Below are positions 18,894 to 30,519 of a DNA stretch of 64,000 nt, piece after piece. Numbering within the stretch: position 1 is the stretch's first letter; each line of letters starts with the position of its first letter. The DNA lies in contig CAWBJH010000002.1 of assembly GCA_963789115.1 (NCBI GenBank), positions 174,414 through 238,413 of the forward strand, written 5' to 3'. The position numbers were made by a program, and so were the translations under genes. The stretch comes from an uncultured delta proteobacterium. GTDB taxonomy: Bacteria > Desulfobacterota > Binatia > Binatales > Binataceae. Under the pieces are notes generated by a model. It was not told the DNA's origin. It searched no databases and was given only the letters and a program-made list of their open reading frames with translations.

Positions 18894-18985
18894 ACGGAAG
18901 CGATGTCCGGGAATCGGCGCGGCAACGGCCAAGCTGTACGCAGCCGAAGACGCGAAAGTGATCATCGCTGATATCGACAAGCGTG
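18894..18985 (+). pseudogene. Degraded SDR N-terminal fragment
   Basis: TEAMSG/IGAATAKLYAAEDAKVIIADID, a decayed TGxxxGIG motif with a frameshift. Confidence 0.5.
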
Positions 18986-19039
18986 AAGCACTTCAACAGC
19001 GAAAACCGGCCGAACGCTGGTCACCGGATCAGAAGGGTA

Positions 19040-20173
19040 CTAGCCGAACATCTCCTTGAGCTTGTCCACGAAGCCCTTGGACATAGGATGGTTGACGTCT
19101 TCGCCGGAGAGCTTGGCGAACTCCTCGAGCAATTCGCGCTGGCGCGCGCTCAGGCGGTGCGGCGTTTCGACCACGATCTTCACCAACTGGTCGCCTCGCC
19201 CGTAGCCGTGCAGGTCGGCAATGCCCTTGCCCTTGAGCCGGAAGACCTTGCCCGACTGCGTTGCGGGAGGAACCTTGAGCTTGACCTTGCCGTCGAGCGT
19301 GGGCACGTCGATCTCGGCTCCGAGCGCCGCCTGCGGAAAGCTGACCGGGACTTCGATCACGATCTCGTTGTCCTGGCGGACGAAGAGCGGATGCTCCTTG
19401 ACGTGGATCACGACGTAGAGATCGCCCGGCGGTCCCCCGCCGAATCCGGCCTCGCCCTCTGCGCGCAGCTTGAGGCGCGAGCCGTTGTCCACACCCGGCG
19501 GGATTCGTACCGAGATCGAATGCGGCTTGCGGATGCGGCCCTGTCCCTGGCACTTGGGGCAGGGGTCCGCGATTGTCGCCCCTTCGCCCCGGCATTGGCC
19601 GCAGGTGGTCGAGATCGAGAAAAAGCCCTGCTGGGTGCGCACTTGGCCGGTGCCACGGCAGTTCGGACAAGTCTTGACGCCGGTGGCGCCGCCGCGCGCG
19701 CGGCTGCCGTTGCACGCCTCGCAAGTCGCCAGGCGCTGGAAGTTGATGACCTTCTCGATCCCTCTGGCCGCTTCCTCGAACTCGATCTCGAGGTCGTAGC
19801 GCAGGTCGTCGCCGCGCCGGGTGCGCGAGCGCGAGCGGCCGCGGCCGGTGCCAAAGAAGTCGCCAAAGATGTCGGAGAAGACTTCCTCGAAGCCCTGGGT
19901 GAAGTCGAAACCGCTGAACGGGCCGTTGCCCGCGGCGCCCTGGAACGCGGCGTGCCCGTAGCGATCGTACTGCGCGCGCCGCTCCGAGTCGGAGAGCACC
20001 TGGTAAGCCTCGTTGATTTCCTTGAAGCGCTCTTCGGCCTGCTTGTCGCCCGGGTTGCGATCGGGATGGGATTGGATCGCGAGCTTGCGGTAGGCCTTCT
20101 TCAGCTCGTCGTCGCCGGCGCCCCTGGAAACGCCAAGGACTTCATAATAGTCGCGCTTGTGGTCCGCGGGCAT
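19040..20173 (-). CDS. dnaJ: Chaperone DnaJ
   Basis: J-domain HPD, G/F region, four CxxCxGxG-type repeats. Confidence 0.97.
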   Translation of the reverse strand: MPADHKRDYYEVLGVSRGAGDDELKKAYRKLAIQSHPDRNPGDKQAEERFKEINEAYQVLSDSERRAQYDRYGHAAFQGAAGNGPFSGFDFTQGFEEVFSDIFGDFFGTGRGRSRSRTRRGDDLRYDLEIEFEEAARGIEKVINFQRLATCEACNGSRARGGATGVKTCPNCRGTGQVRTQQGFFSISTTCGQCRGEGATIADPCPKCQGQGRIRKPHSISVRIPPGVDNGSRLKLRAEGEAGFGGGPPGDLYVVIHVKEHPLFVRQDNEIVIEVPVSFPQAALGAEIDVPTLDGKVKLKVPPATQSGKVFRLKGKGIADLHGYGRGDQLVKIVVETPHRLSARQRELLEEFAKLSGEDVNHPMSKGFVDKLKEMFG

Positions 20174-20262
20174 CGCAGAGCGATTCTATTAGGAAGGCGG
20201 CCCTGAAGTAAGCAGGCCCATCACCGTGGGAGCCAAGTTCTGAGTTTCTGCCTTCTCGCTTG

Positions 20263-22200
<1,938 letters not shown>

Positions 22201-22274
22201 TGCGATCCCTCATGTTGTCCGTCCGCGCACAGTCCGCGCAGGACTAAATCTCTATTAAAAACGGTAACCACGTT

Positions 22275-22937
22275 TCAGCCTTTTTCAACGTCGCCGTCGT
22301 TCTTTTCGGCCTGATTTCCATCGCCGGCGCCGCTTTTTTTATGCACGGCCGGCGCCTTGGCGACCGACACCCGGGCGGGTCGCAGCACGCGATCTCCGAT
22401 CTGGTAGCCCCGGTTGAACTCGCTGATGACGGAATTTGGCTGGTGGTCCAGGCTCTCGACGTGAGCGACCGCCTCGTGGAATTGCGGGTTGAAGGGCTGC
22501 CCGACGGACTCCTGCGGCGTCACGCCATGGCGGCGCAGCAGGTCATGCATCGAGCGCAGGACCATCTCGATACCTTCGACGATCGGCTTGCCGTCGCCGC
22601 CGGTCTGAGCCGCCGCGACCGCCAGCTCCAGATGGTCGAGGATCGGCAACAGCTCGCGCAGAAGCGATTCGCGCTGAAAGCGTAGGGCATCCTCGTTCTG
22701 CTGGCGCAGGCGCTTGCGGGCGTTCTCATTCTCGGCAAGCGCACGCAGGTACTTGTCCTTCAGATCCGCGATTTCATAATCTTTTTGTGCGATCTGGGCC
22801 TTAAGGGCTTCGATTTGCTCCTCCAGGGTCGGCCCCGACGGCTCCGGGCTCGCGGCAGCCTGCGATCTCGACTCGGCGTTATCCGAGGTTGGCGGCTTCA
22901 CCTCGTCGCTACCGGCGTCTTTGGCACGTTTGCTCAT
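22275..22937 (-). CDS. grpE: Nucleotide exchange factor GrpE
   Basis: YLRALAENENARKR, FNPQFHEA, GYQIGDRVLRPARV. Confidence 0.95.
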   Translation of the reverse strand: MSKRAKDAGSDEVKPPTSDNAESRSQAAASPEPSGPTLEEQIEALKAQIAQKDYEIADLKDKYLRALAENENARKRLRQQNEDALRFQRESLLRELLPILDHLELAVAAAQTGGDGKPIVEGIEMVLRSMHDLLRRHGVTPQESVGQPFNPQFHEAVAHVESLDHQPNSVISEFNRGYQIGDRVLRPARVSVAKAPAVHKKSGAGDGNQAEKNDGDVEKG

Positions 22938-23106
22938 CTTGCGAAGTTGGTCCTCTATACTCCGTGAACGTAAGCACGATTGCGGGTTTCGCCACTGCCG
23001 CAGGGACAAATTCCATCACAATCGGCAGGGGGCGCCGCTTGCCCGAAGTTCCCCTTGAGAAGGGGGGTCAAACGGGCATTGGAGTGCGCGCCTGACCGGC
23101 AAGCAG

Positions 23107-24165
23107 CTACGCGCCGCTGTGCTCCAGCACGCGCGATAGCGCCCGGGCGGTGTAATCGACCAGTGGGATCACGCGCCCGTAGTCCATCCGGACGGGGCCG
23201 ACGACGGCGAGGCTGCCCAGCGGCATCGGACCGCTCGCGTAGGCGGCCGCGATCACGCTGAACGCGTTGAGACGCACATCCGCAATCTCCGACCCTATCG
23301 ATACCACCAGCTTGCCCGACTTTAGCGTCTGCTCGAGCAGATTCAGCAGTGCGGTCTTGTCGTCGAGCACCCGCAGCAGCTCGCGCAGCTTGTCCGGATC
23401 GCTGAACTCGGGTTGTGCGAGCGCCTTGGCGCCGCCCTCGACGTAGAGTTCGGCGGGCGGCGGCGCATGCTGCGCGACCTCGCCGCCGAGCGTGAGCGCC
23501 GCCCGCCCGAAGCGGTCATAACGGGCGCGCTCCTCGCGCAGTTCGTGCTCGATCCAGCGCCGCGCCTCTTCCAGCGTTCGCCCGTGGATCGATTCGTTCA
23601 GATAGCGCGCCATCCGGTTGAGCTCCTCCTGCGAGTAGCTCTGCTCGGTCTCGACGACCCGGTTGTGGACCCCGCCGGAGGCGGCCGCGAAGACCCCGAG
23701 CACCTGCCGATTGCGCAGCCACACGAAGTTGACCCGCTCGAGGGTCGCTTCCTCCAGCCGCGGCGCCATCACCGCTGCCGCCTGCCCGGTGAGCAGCGCC
23801 AGCAGGCGCGAAGTATCGCGGATGACCTCGTTAAAGTCGCGCGAGCGGGCCGAGTAGTGAAGCTCGATCTGCGCACGGTCCTCGAAATCGATCTGCGGAC
23901 GCGGCATCAGCCGATCGACGTAAAAGCGAAACGCCTTGTCGGTCGGGATCCGTCCCGCCGAGGTGTGCGGCTGATGCAGGTAGCCGGCTTCCTCGAGATC
24001 CGCCATCATGTTGCGCACCGTGGCGGCTCTCACGCCGAGCCGGTAACGCGAAACGATCTGATGAGAACCGACCGGCGCCGCGGTGTCGATAAACTCACGC
24101 ACCGCCGCCATCAGCAGCGAGTCGCGCCGCCGGGCCTGTTCGCTATTGGCTCCCTCGCTTACCAT
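23107..24165 (-). CDS. hrcA: Heat-inducible repressor HrcA
   Basis: PVGS, ATVRNMMADLE, QPHTSAGRIPT, VGPVRMDY. Confidence 0.95.
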   Translation of the reverse strand: MVSEGANSEQARRRDSLLMAAVREFIDTAAPVGSHQIVSRYRLGVRAATVRNMMADLEEAGYLHQPHTSAGRIPTDKAFRFYVDRLMPRPQIDFEDRAQIELHYSARSRDFNEVIRDTSRLLALLTGQAAAVMAPRLEEATLERVNFVWLRNRQVLGVFAAASGGVHNRVVETEQSYSQEELNRMARYLNESIHGRTLEEARRWIEHELREERARYDRFGRAALTLGGEVAQHAPPPAELYVEGGAKALAQPEFSDPDKLRELLRVLDDKTALLNLLEQTLKSGKLVVSIGSEIADVRLNAFSVIAAAYASGPMPLGSLAVVGPVRMDYGRVIPLVDYTARALSRVLEHSGA

Positions 24166-24318
24166 CGCTATCGGGCGTTCAAGCCCTCTGTTTAATCTTG
24201 GTCCCTGCCCATGGGTTCATACAAGTGCGGCGACCCTCGCACTGAGACCTCATACCCGGCATTCCTGTACGCGGGCCGGCCGGGCCTGATAGCCTACTGG
24301 GGCGGGAAGCAATCGCCC

Positions 24319-25926
24319 ATGGCGCGCAAGCCCACATCTGCCAAGTCAAGGGCGATCAAGCTCAGGCGGGTCTACATCCCGGCGCTCCCGGCCGAGGCCA
24401 CCTGGCTCGAGAGCGACAGCTACGATCGCCACGCATGGAGCGAAATCGTTCACGGCGCGCCCGCGGTCAATGAACTGGTCGAAGCGGGCGAGCGCCTGGT
24501 GCCGCACTTCGCCGCCCTCCTGCAGGACATCTTTCTCGCGCTCTTCAAGTACAACCTGGTATGGCGAAAGCCCGACGCGGTGCGGCGCAGCGCCGCTCTC
24601 AACCAGACCATCCTGCGCGATTTGATCCCTTCGCCCGCCTTCGAGGCGCTCAAAACCCGCACCTTGCTGGAGGAGGATAAGTCCGCGATCGCCGCCCTGG
24701 TGCTCGGAGAGAACGTGATCGAGCTGGTCCGCTCGGAGCGGTTGATCAACCAGCGCGAGATGCTCGACCTGTGGGACCTGAAGCATCAGGAGGAAGATCT
24801 CGCGCAGCGCGCCGAGGCGCTCAAGAACGTCGTCGAGATGGCCGAGCGCGAGGACGGCCAGCTTGAGGGCGGGGACGAAGAACTGAAGAAGAAGATCGAG
24901 CGGCTGCAGGAGGCGGCGCGCAACGCGGCGCAGGTTTCCGAGGCGCGGCTCAATCAAAAGGCCCGCCAGGTCCGCGACCAGCTCGACAACAGCAACCCGA
25001 GCGAGCTCAAGCGAATGCAGGTCGAGGGCGCGCGGATGGTCGAGGAGATCGATCGGGTCGCGCAGGACGCCCACGACTTCAGCCTCGAGTTCGGACAGGG
25101 CGGGCGACTCTCGGCCGGCGAGCGGCTCGAACTCGGGCGGCGCCTGGCGCGCAACAAGAAGCTCGGTGAGCTGGCCCGGCTGGTCGGCCGCTTCAAGAAT
25201 GACGCGCGCGCGCTGCGCCGCAAGACCCTGGAGCGCGGCGCCGCCGAAGCCTACGACATCGAGCGCGGCGCCGACATCGGCCGGCTGATTCCCGCCGAGC
25301 TGCTCGCCCTCCACCATCCGGCGCTCGCCCGCGACTTCCGCCGCCGCCTGCTCGAAGGCACTGTGCTGCAGTACCGGCTGCGCGACGACGAGCAGAAGGG
25401 ACGAGGCCCGATGGTGGTGTGCGTGGACGTGAGCTCCTCGATGGAGGGGCAAAAAGAGCTGTGGGCCAAGGCCGTCAGCCTGACCCTGGCGGATATCGCG
25501 CGCCGCCAGCGCCGCCTGGTGCGTGCCGTGATGTTCTCCTCGGGCGACAAGAGCCTCAAGGTGCTCGACCTCAATCACAAGCGCCGCTACCAGCCCGAAC
25601 TGGCCAAGGTGATGGAAATGGCGGAGTACTTTCCGGGCGGCGGCACCGACTTCGAGCAGCCGCTCGACGCCGCAATCGAGCTGATCGAGGACAAGCAGCT
25701 CAAGCGCGCGGACATCGTGATAATCACCGACGGCGAGTCGCAGGTGGGTCCCGAATTCCTGGCGCGATTGCGCGAGAGCAAGGATCGGCTGGAGTTCAAG
25801 ATTTTCGCGGTGCTCATCGACATCGGCTCGAGCGAGCTTTCCACGCTCGCCCGGTTCAGCGACAAGGTGACCTCGGTCAGCAAGCTCACCGCGCAAGGCG
25901 CACGCGATATCTTTCTGAGCGTGTAA
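24319..25926 (+). CDS. VWA-domain (ViaA-like) protein
   Basis: Coiled N-terminal region; GRLIPAEL; MIDAS DVSSSM, GGGTDF, ITDGE. Confidence 0.8.
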   Translation: MARKPTSAKSRAIKLRRVYIPALPAEATWLESDSYDRHAWSEIVHGAPAVNELVEAGERLVPHFAALLQDIFLALFKYNLVWRKPDAVRRSAALNQTILRDLIPSPAFEALKTRTLLEEDKSAIAALVLGENVIELVRSERLINQREMLDLWDLKHQEEDLAQRAEALKNVVEMAEREDGQLEGGDEELKKKIERLQEAARNAAQVSEARLNQKARQVRDQLDNSNPSELKRMQVEGARMVEEIDRVAQDAHDFSLEFGQGGRLSAGERLELGRRLARNKKLGELARLVGRFKNDARALRRKTLERGAAEAYDIERGADIGRLIPAELLALHHPALARDFRRRLLEGTVLQYRLRDDEQKGRGPMVVCVDVSSSMEGQKELWAKAVSLTLADIARRQRRLVRAVMFSSGDKSLKVLDLNHKRRYQPELAKVMEMAEYFPGGGTDFEQPLDAAIELIEDKQLKRADIVIITDGESQVGPEFLARLRESKDRLEFKIFAVLIDIGSSELSTLARFSDKVTSVSKLTAQGARDIFLSV

Positions 25927-25964
25927 GGGGAGGAGTCCTCGTTGCGATGGACTAAATTGCCTCG

Positions 25965-26447
25965 TTGAAGGTGGCGCACAGGAAAATCGACCGCTCCAAC
26001 TGGCGCGATGCGATCGAGCTGAAAGTCGCACCCGGCCAGGAGAGCTTCGTCTCTTCGCCGGTCAAGTCGCTCGCCGCAGCCTTCGTCCGCCAGCACGGGG
26101 ATCAGTTCGAGTACGTGCCGATGGGAATCTATGACGGGGAGCGGATGGTCGGCTACGTCTCGATTCTGTGCGATCCGCAGAGCAGCGACAACTATTGGAT
26201 CGACGACATCCTGATCGACGCGCGATGGCAGAGCCGGGGCTACGGGCGCGCCGCCGTCTGTGAGACCATCCGCTTCATCCTGCGCGCCTATCCGCGATGC
26301 GAGACGGTCAAGCTCGGATGCCATCGTATGAACACGCGCGCCGCAGCCCTCTACCTCAGCATCGGATTTCAGCCCACTGGGGATCTCGACGGAAACGGAC
26401 AGCCCCAGTACGCGCTGTCGGGACCTGCACTGGCGGCCTGCCGCTGA
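25965..26447 (+). CDS. GNAT acetyltransferase (polyamine N-acetyltransferase-like)
   Basis: LKVAPGQESFV, IDARWQSRGYG, N-x-x-A-x-x-L-Y-x-x-x-G-F. Confidence 0.8.
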   Translation: MKVAHRKIDRSNWRDAIELKVAPGQESFVSSPVKSLAAAFVRQHGDQFEYVPMGIYDGERMVGYVSILCDPQSSDNYWIDDILIDARWQSRGYGRAAVCETIRFILRAYPRCETVKLGCHRMNTRAAALYLSIGFQPTGDLDGNGQPQYALSGPALAACR

Positions 26448-26467
26448 GCGGACCCGGTAAGGAGGGC

Positions 26468-27097
26468 CTACGGACCGACCGACGATGTGAAATCCGCGCT
26501 GATGTTGCAGCAGAGCGCGTAGCTCTCGCCGACTCGCGGCTGTGCGTCGTAGCCAAGGATTGAGCCGTCAGAGGCGACCCTGATTGCCTGAAAGCTGGTC
26601 GAGCCCCGCGCGCGTTCCACCGTGAAGACGTAGTAGGCGCCGGTTTCGAGCGGTTCGGGCGGCCCGGAGTCCGGTATCGCCTGGGCGAAACCCTTGGGCG
26701 TCTTGCCATAGCTCACGCTGGACGGCGCGAGTTTTCTGCCGGCGCCGAGTCCGGAGAGCAACTCGCCGCCAAGACCCTGGTCGGCCTGGATTTGCCATAC
26801 CGGTACGCCGCCCGTGAAGCGCACTATCGATACCCCGGTGCGCTCTTCGCCGGGTTTGAGCGAGATAGACTCTGCCGCCGTGAACTTGGTCACCGTCAGC
26901 GAGCGCAAATGATCGCCCTTGATTGCGTAATCGATCTGGACCGTCGCGGACGGCGTCGGCGCCGATGAGTCGGACGTCGCGGCGCCCGATGCAGCCGCGG
27001 GCGCAGGCGCCCGTTTGTACGAGGCGCATCCCGCCGGCGCGATCATCACCGCCACCGCGAATCCGGCGGCCAGGGCGAATCGCGCGGCGCCGATCAC
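26468..27097 (-). CDS. Hypothetical lipoprotein
   Basis: Hydrophobic stretch plus PAGC lipobox, Ala/Pro linker; start uncertain. Confidence 0.55.
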   Translation of the reverse strand: MIGAARFALAAGFAVAVMIAPAGCASYKRAPAPAAASGAATSDSSAPTPSATVQIDYAIKGDHLRSLTVTKFTAAESISLKPGEERTGVSIVRFTGGVPVWQIQADQGLGGELLSGLGAGRKLAPSSVSYGKTPKGFAQAIPDSGPPEPLETGAYYVFTVERARGSTSFQAIRVASDGSILGYDAQPRVGESYALCCNISADFTSSVGP

Positions 27098-27103
27098 GCC
27101 TGG

Positions 27104-27132
27104 CAGGCTGCGGAAGAACTTTCCGCACCCTG
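27104..27132. mobile_element. Minimal MITE copy (ends only)
   Basis: CTGG|CAGGCTGCGGAAGAACTTTCCGCACCCTG. Confidence 0.5.
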
Positions 27133-27178
27133 CGACGCGCTTCTGTGAGGCACGCTTATCGGATAATCTCGCCGCACG

Positions 27179-28543
27179 GTGTCGTTGGGGGACAGAGAAA
27201 AGGTCGGGCTTCGGACGCTGCTGGTCTACTCGCAGGCCCAGCTCGGGCTCAACTTCTGCGCGACGATGCTCGGCTTGCATTTGTTCTATTTCTATAGCGA
27301 CCGGCTCGGACTCTCGCCAGCACTGTTCGGACTGGCGTATTTCATCGCGCTCGGCCTCGACGCGCTGACCGATCCGATCGTCGGCAACATCTCCGACCGC
27401 GCCCGGTTTCGTTCCGGACGCCGCCGTCCGTTCTTTCTGGCTGCGATTCCGATGGCGCTGTGCTACTTGATGCTGCTCGCACCGCCCGACCTGCGCAGCG
27501 GCCTGTTCGCGTGGTTCCTGGCCTTCTACTTCCTGATGCTGACGGCGCGCAAATTCTACGAGACCGCGTACAGTGCGATGATGCCCGAGATCACGCTGGA
27601 TTACGATGAACGGACGCGGCTCTCCACCTTTCGCCAGCTCCTCGGCACGGTCGGGGATGTGACCGGCGCGCTGCTGCCGTTCGCCGCGAGCTGGATGTTC
27701 GCGCGCGGCACCGACTTCCGCGTCACCGGCGCGTTCGGCGCATTAATCGTAGGCGGCGGCGCGACGCTCGCCTGGGTCGGCACGCGCGAGCGCCCCGAAT
27801 TCGCCGGGCACGAGCGCTTCGGACTGCGCGAGGCGGTCGCCTCGACCTTCAAGAATCGGCCCTTCGTGATCCTGCTGATCGCGACCACCCTCGCCATCAT
27901 GGCGGTCAACGTCACCTCGGTGCTGATCCGCTTCCTGGCCAAGTATTGGTTTCACGACGACAGCGCCGCCGCGCGATGGCTGATCGCGTACTTCATCGGC
28001 TCGATCGTCTCCTATCCGTTCTGGTTCAAGATCACGCTCCGGATCGAAAAGAAGCCCGCCTCCGTGGTCGCGCTGGCGTGCAATGCGATGTGCTCGCTCA
28101 CCGTTATGGCGCTCGGACCGCACAACGTCGCGGCAATCTACCTGGTGATGTTCTTGAGCGGTTTCTCCGCGATCGGAATCTGGGTCACCCAGATCGCCGC
28201 GTCGGCCGACGTGATCGAATGGGACGAGGAGCGCACCGGCCGGCGCCAGGAGGGCGCCTACGCGGGAATCACCTCGATGTCGATCAAGCTCGCGGTCGCG
28301 TGCTGCCTGCTGATGGTGGGCCCGGCGATGGGCTGGATCGGCTACGTGCCGGGCGGACACGAGCTGACGCCCGCGGCGGCCGAGAACCTGCACCGCCTGT
28401 TCTCGCTGGCGCCGTTCTCTATCTTCATGCTGAGCGCGATCGTTTTCTCGCGCTACCCGATCACCCGCGAGGCCCATCGCGCGATGCGTGAGCGGCTCGC
28501 CACCCGCGAAGCCCGCGCCGCCGACGAATCCGCCGCGTCCTGA
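27179..28543 (+). CDS. GPH-family (MelB-like) MFS transporter
   Basis: DALTDPIVGNISD, GRRRPF, ERTRL, ADVIEWDEERTGRRQEG, RYPIT. Confidence 0.88.
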   Translation: MSLGDREKVGLRTLLVYSQAQLGLNFCATMLGLHLFYFYSDRLGLSPALFGLAYFIALGLDALTDPIVGNISDRARFRSGRRRPFFLAAIPMALCYLMLLAPPDLRSGLFAWFLAFYFLMLTARKFYETAYSAMMPEITLDYDERTRLSTFRQLLGTVGDVTGALLPFAASWMFARGTDFRVTGAFGALIVGGGATLAWVGTRERPEFAGHERFGLREAVASTFKNRPFVILLIATTLAIMAVNVTSVLIRFLAKYWFHDDSAAARWLIAYFIGSIVSYPFWFKITLRIEKKPASVVALACNAMCSLTVMALGPHNVAAIYLVMFLSGFSAIGIWVTQIAASADVIEWDEERTGRRQEGAYAGITSMSIKLAVACCLLMVGPAMGWIGYVPGGHELTPAAAENLHRLFSLAPFSIFMLSAIVFSRYPITREAHRAMRERLATREARAADESAAS

Positions 28544-28579
28544 GTCTAAAGCCGGTGTGGTGACTTCTACATTCCTTGA

Positions 28580-29470
28580 TTAAGTAGCGAGTCCTGCGTC
28601 GGCAAGAACGCGCGAAACCAATTCTTTCTGCGCGATGGTTAATGGAGGTAGAGGGTCCTTCACCGTCGGCTCGATCGGATGCCCTAATTGCCGCATCGCC
28701 TCCTTCATGATGGCGTGCGGCGCGGGCGTCGCGGTCATGAGGGGCATGAATTTGAAGAGGAATGCCGCGATCTCGCCCGCCTTTTCGGCATTGCGGCTCT
28801 TGAGGGCGTTGTAGAATTCGATGCACTTTCCGGGCACGAGATTCGGCAGCACACAGATCGCGCCGCATCCGCCCTGTTGCATGACCGGCATAAGGTTGAG
28901 CACCGTGCCTGACAGGACCGAAAAGGGTCTCTTCGCCACCAGCTTCACGAGTTCCCCCATCTCGCCAACGTCGAGGATCGTTTCTTTCACTCCAATAATC
29001 TGGTCGATTTCGGCGAGCTCCGCGATCTGCGAGGGCGCGAGCCTCAGGTGCGTTGCTTCGGGGATATTGTAGTAGAGAATCGGGAAACCGGATTCGGTCG
29101 CAATTCGGCGGTAGTGCCGTTTCACGTCCGCGAAGCTGAGGGGATAGTATATGGGCAGCGCGATCAAGGCCGCATCGGCGCCCGCCTCGCGTGCGTATTC
29201 CGTGAGCGCCAGCGTCTGTTCGGTGCCCATGTAGCCGCTTCCCGCGATCACGGGGACGCGTCCTCTTGCTTGATCGACCGTCACGTCGATCAACTCTCGT
29301 TTCTCCGTGTCTGAAAGATACGGGAACTCTCCGTTACTCCCGAGGACCACAAGGCCGGAAACGCCCTCAGTGATGAAATGCTCCACCATGTGCCGCATGG
29401 CGGTCCGATCGACATTCCCGTCACGGAAAGCGGATAGAAGGACAACGTAAACCCCTTCTAGTTGCTCCAT
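28580..29470 (-). CDS. DapA/KDG-aldolase family lyase
   Basis: GSNGEF, LYYNIP, GVKET Schiff-base Lys. Confidence 0.85.
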   Translation of the reverse strand: MEQLEGVYVVLLSAFRDGNVDRTAMRHMVEHFITEGVSGLVVLGSNGEFPYLSDTEKRELIDVTVDQARGRVPVIAGSGYMGTEQTLALTEYAREAGADAALIALPIYYPLSFADVKRHYRRIATESGFPILYYNIPEATHLRLAPSQIAELAEIDQIIGVKETILDVGEMGELVKLVAKRPFSVLSGTVLNLMPVMQQGGCGAICVLPNLVPGKCIEFYNALKSRNAEKAGEIAAFLFKFMPLMTATPAPHAIMKEAMRQLGHPIEPTVKDPLPPLTIAQKELVSRVLADAGLAT

Positions 29471-29607
29471 GACACCCTCCCTGCGCCGGTCAAACCGGCG
29501 AGATGTTCCTTAGGGAGCAGAAACCTGCTCTCGACCTCCGGGCGCGTCGGCAGCCTCGTTCGTCGGCTTTCTCTCGACAGTCGAAACTACGGCGCGTATA
29601 ATATATA

Positions 29608-29626
29608 ACTGGCTGAGTCAGTCAAT
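29608..29626. promoter_or_regulatory. Possible TetR operator in the divergent promoter region
   Basis: Imperfect palindrome ACTGGCTGAGTCAGT next to an AT-rich TATAAT. Confidence 0.35.
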
Positions 29627-29651
29627 ATCCGCCGCGGGGAGCGTGTGGCAA

Positions 29652-29702
29652 ATGATCGTCGACGCACATGTGCATTTGAATGACTCCAAATGGAAGAAAT
29701 AG
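29652..29702 (+). pseudogene. Amidohydrolase N-terminal fragment
   Basis: GGGGAG RBS, then MIVDAHVHLNDSKWKK* with the DxHxH motif. Confidence 0.5.
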
Positions 29703-29764
29703 AGATCGTGATGGGCGCCGCCGCACACAAACTGTACAGAATCTAGGACACTGAAAAGGGGCCC

Positions 29765-30492
29765 ATGCCGAGGATAACGCCGGACAATAGGATTCCCGAT
29801 ATCGTGAACGCCGCCATCAGAGTGTTCGGCTCAAGGGATACCGGCTGACGCAAATGGACGAGATCGCCGAACGGGCCAAAGTGTCAAAGGCCACTCTCTA
29901 CTATTATTTCAAGAACAAAGCGCATCTCTTCCAATATGTGCTGGAGAACGGCAGTCTAAACGGCGGCGCGAGTCTGCCGCCGCCCGACAGCAGCTCCTCG
30001 TTGTCTGACAGGGAGTTGCTTCAACTCTTGAAGAAGAGGCTGAAGGAGGACAGCAGCCTCAATAGTATAAGGTCGTGCATGGACGCGAAATCCAAGCACA
30101 TCGATCTCTCAAAAGAGATTGCAGCGATAACGGAAGAACTCTGGGACCTCACTGCCACAAATCGTGTTCAGCTTATCATCCTGGAAAGATCATTCCTCGA
30201 GTTTCGTAAATTGGCGGAAATATACGACACCTACGCGCGAGGACGGATATTGAGCCAGCTCGAGAATTACCTCGCGCTTAGAGTGAAGCAGGGCGTGATT
30301 CGCCCTCCGAATTCTGTTCCGGCTACAGCGCGCTTCATGTTGGAATCGATTGCATGGTTCGGTTACAAGCAGTCAATGGGGAGGCATCGGCCTTTCGGCA
30401 AGATTGAAGCATTGCCCGATCTCGTTTCAGTTTTCACGCACGGACTACTCAGAGAGAACGAAGGTCAACCAGTAAGGTCGAAGGTGGACTAG
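29765..30492 (+). CDS. TetR-family regulator with a 1-nt frameshift near 29830
   Basis: MPRITPDNRIPDIVNAAIRVFG / KGYRLTQMDEIAERAKVSKATLYYYFKNK HTH. Confidence 0.8.
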
Positions 30493-30519
30493 CGGCCGCG
30501 CCGGCTTTGGAGAGAGACA

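Noticed and set aside
23040-23100. CIRCE element upstream of grpE
   Set aside because: Only a GAGTGC half-site is present, with no matching GCACTC arm at 9-nt spacing
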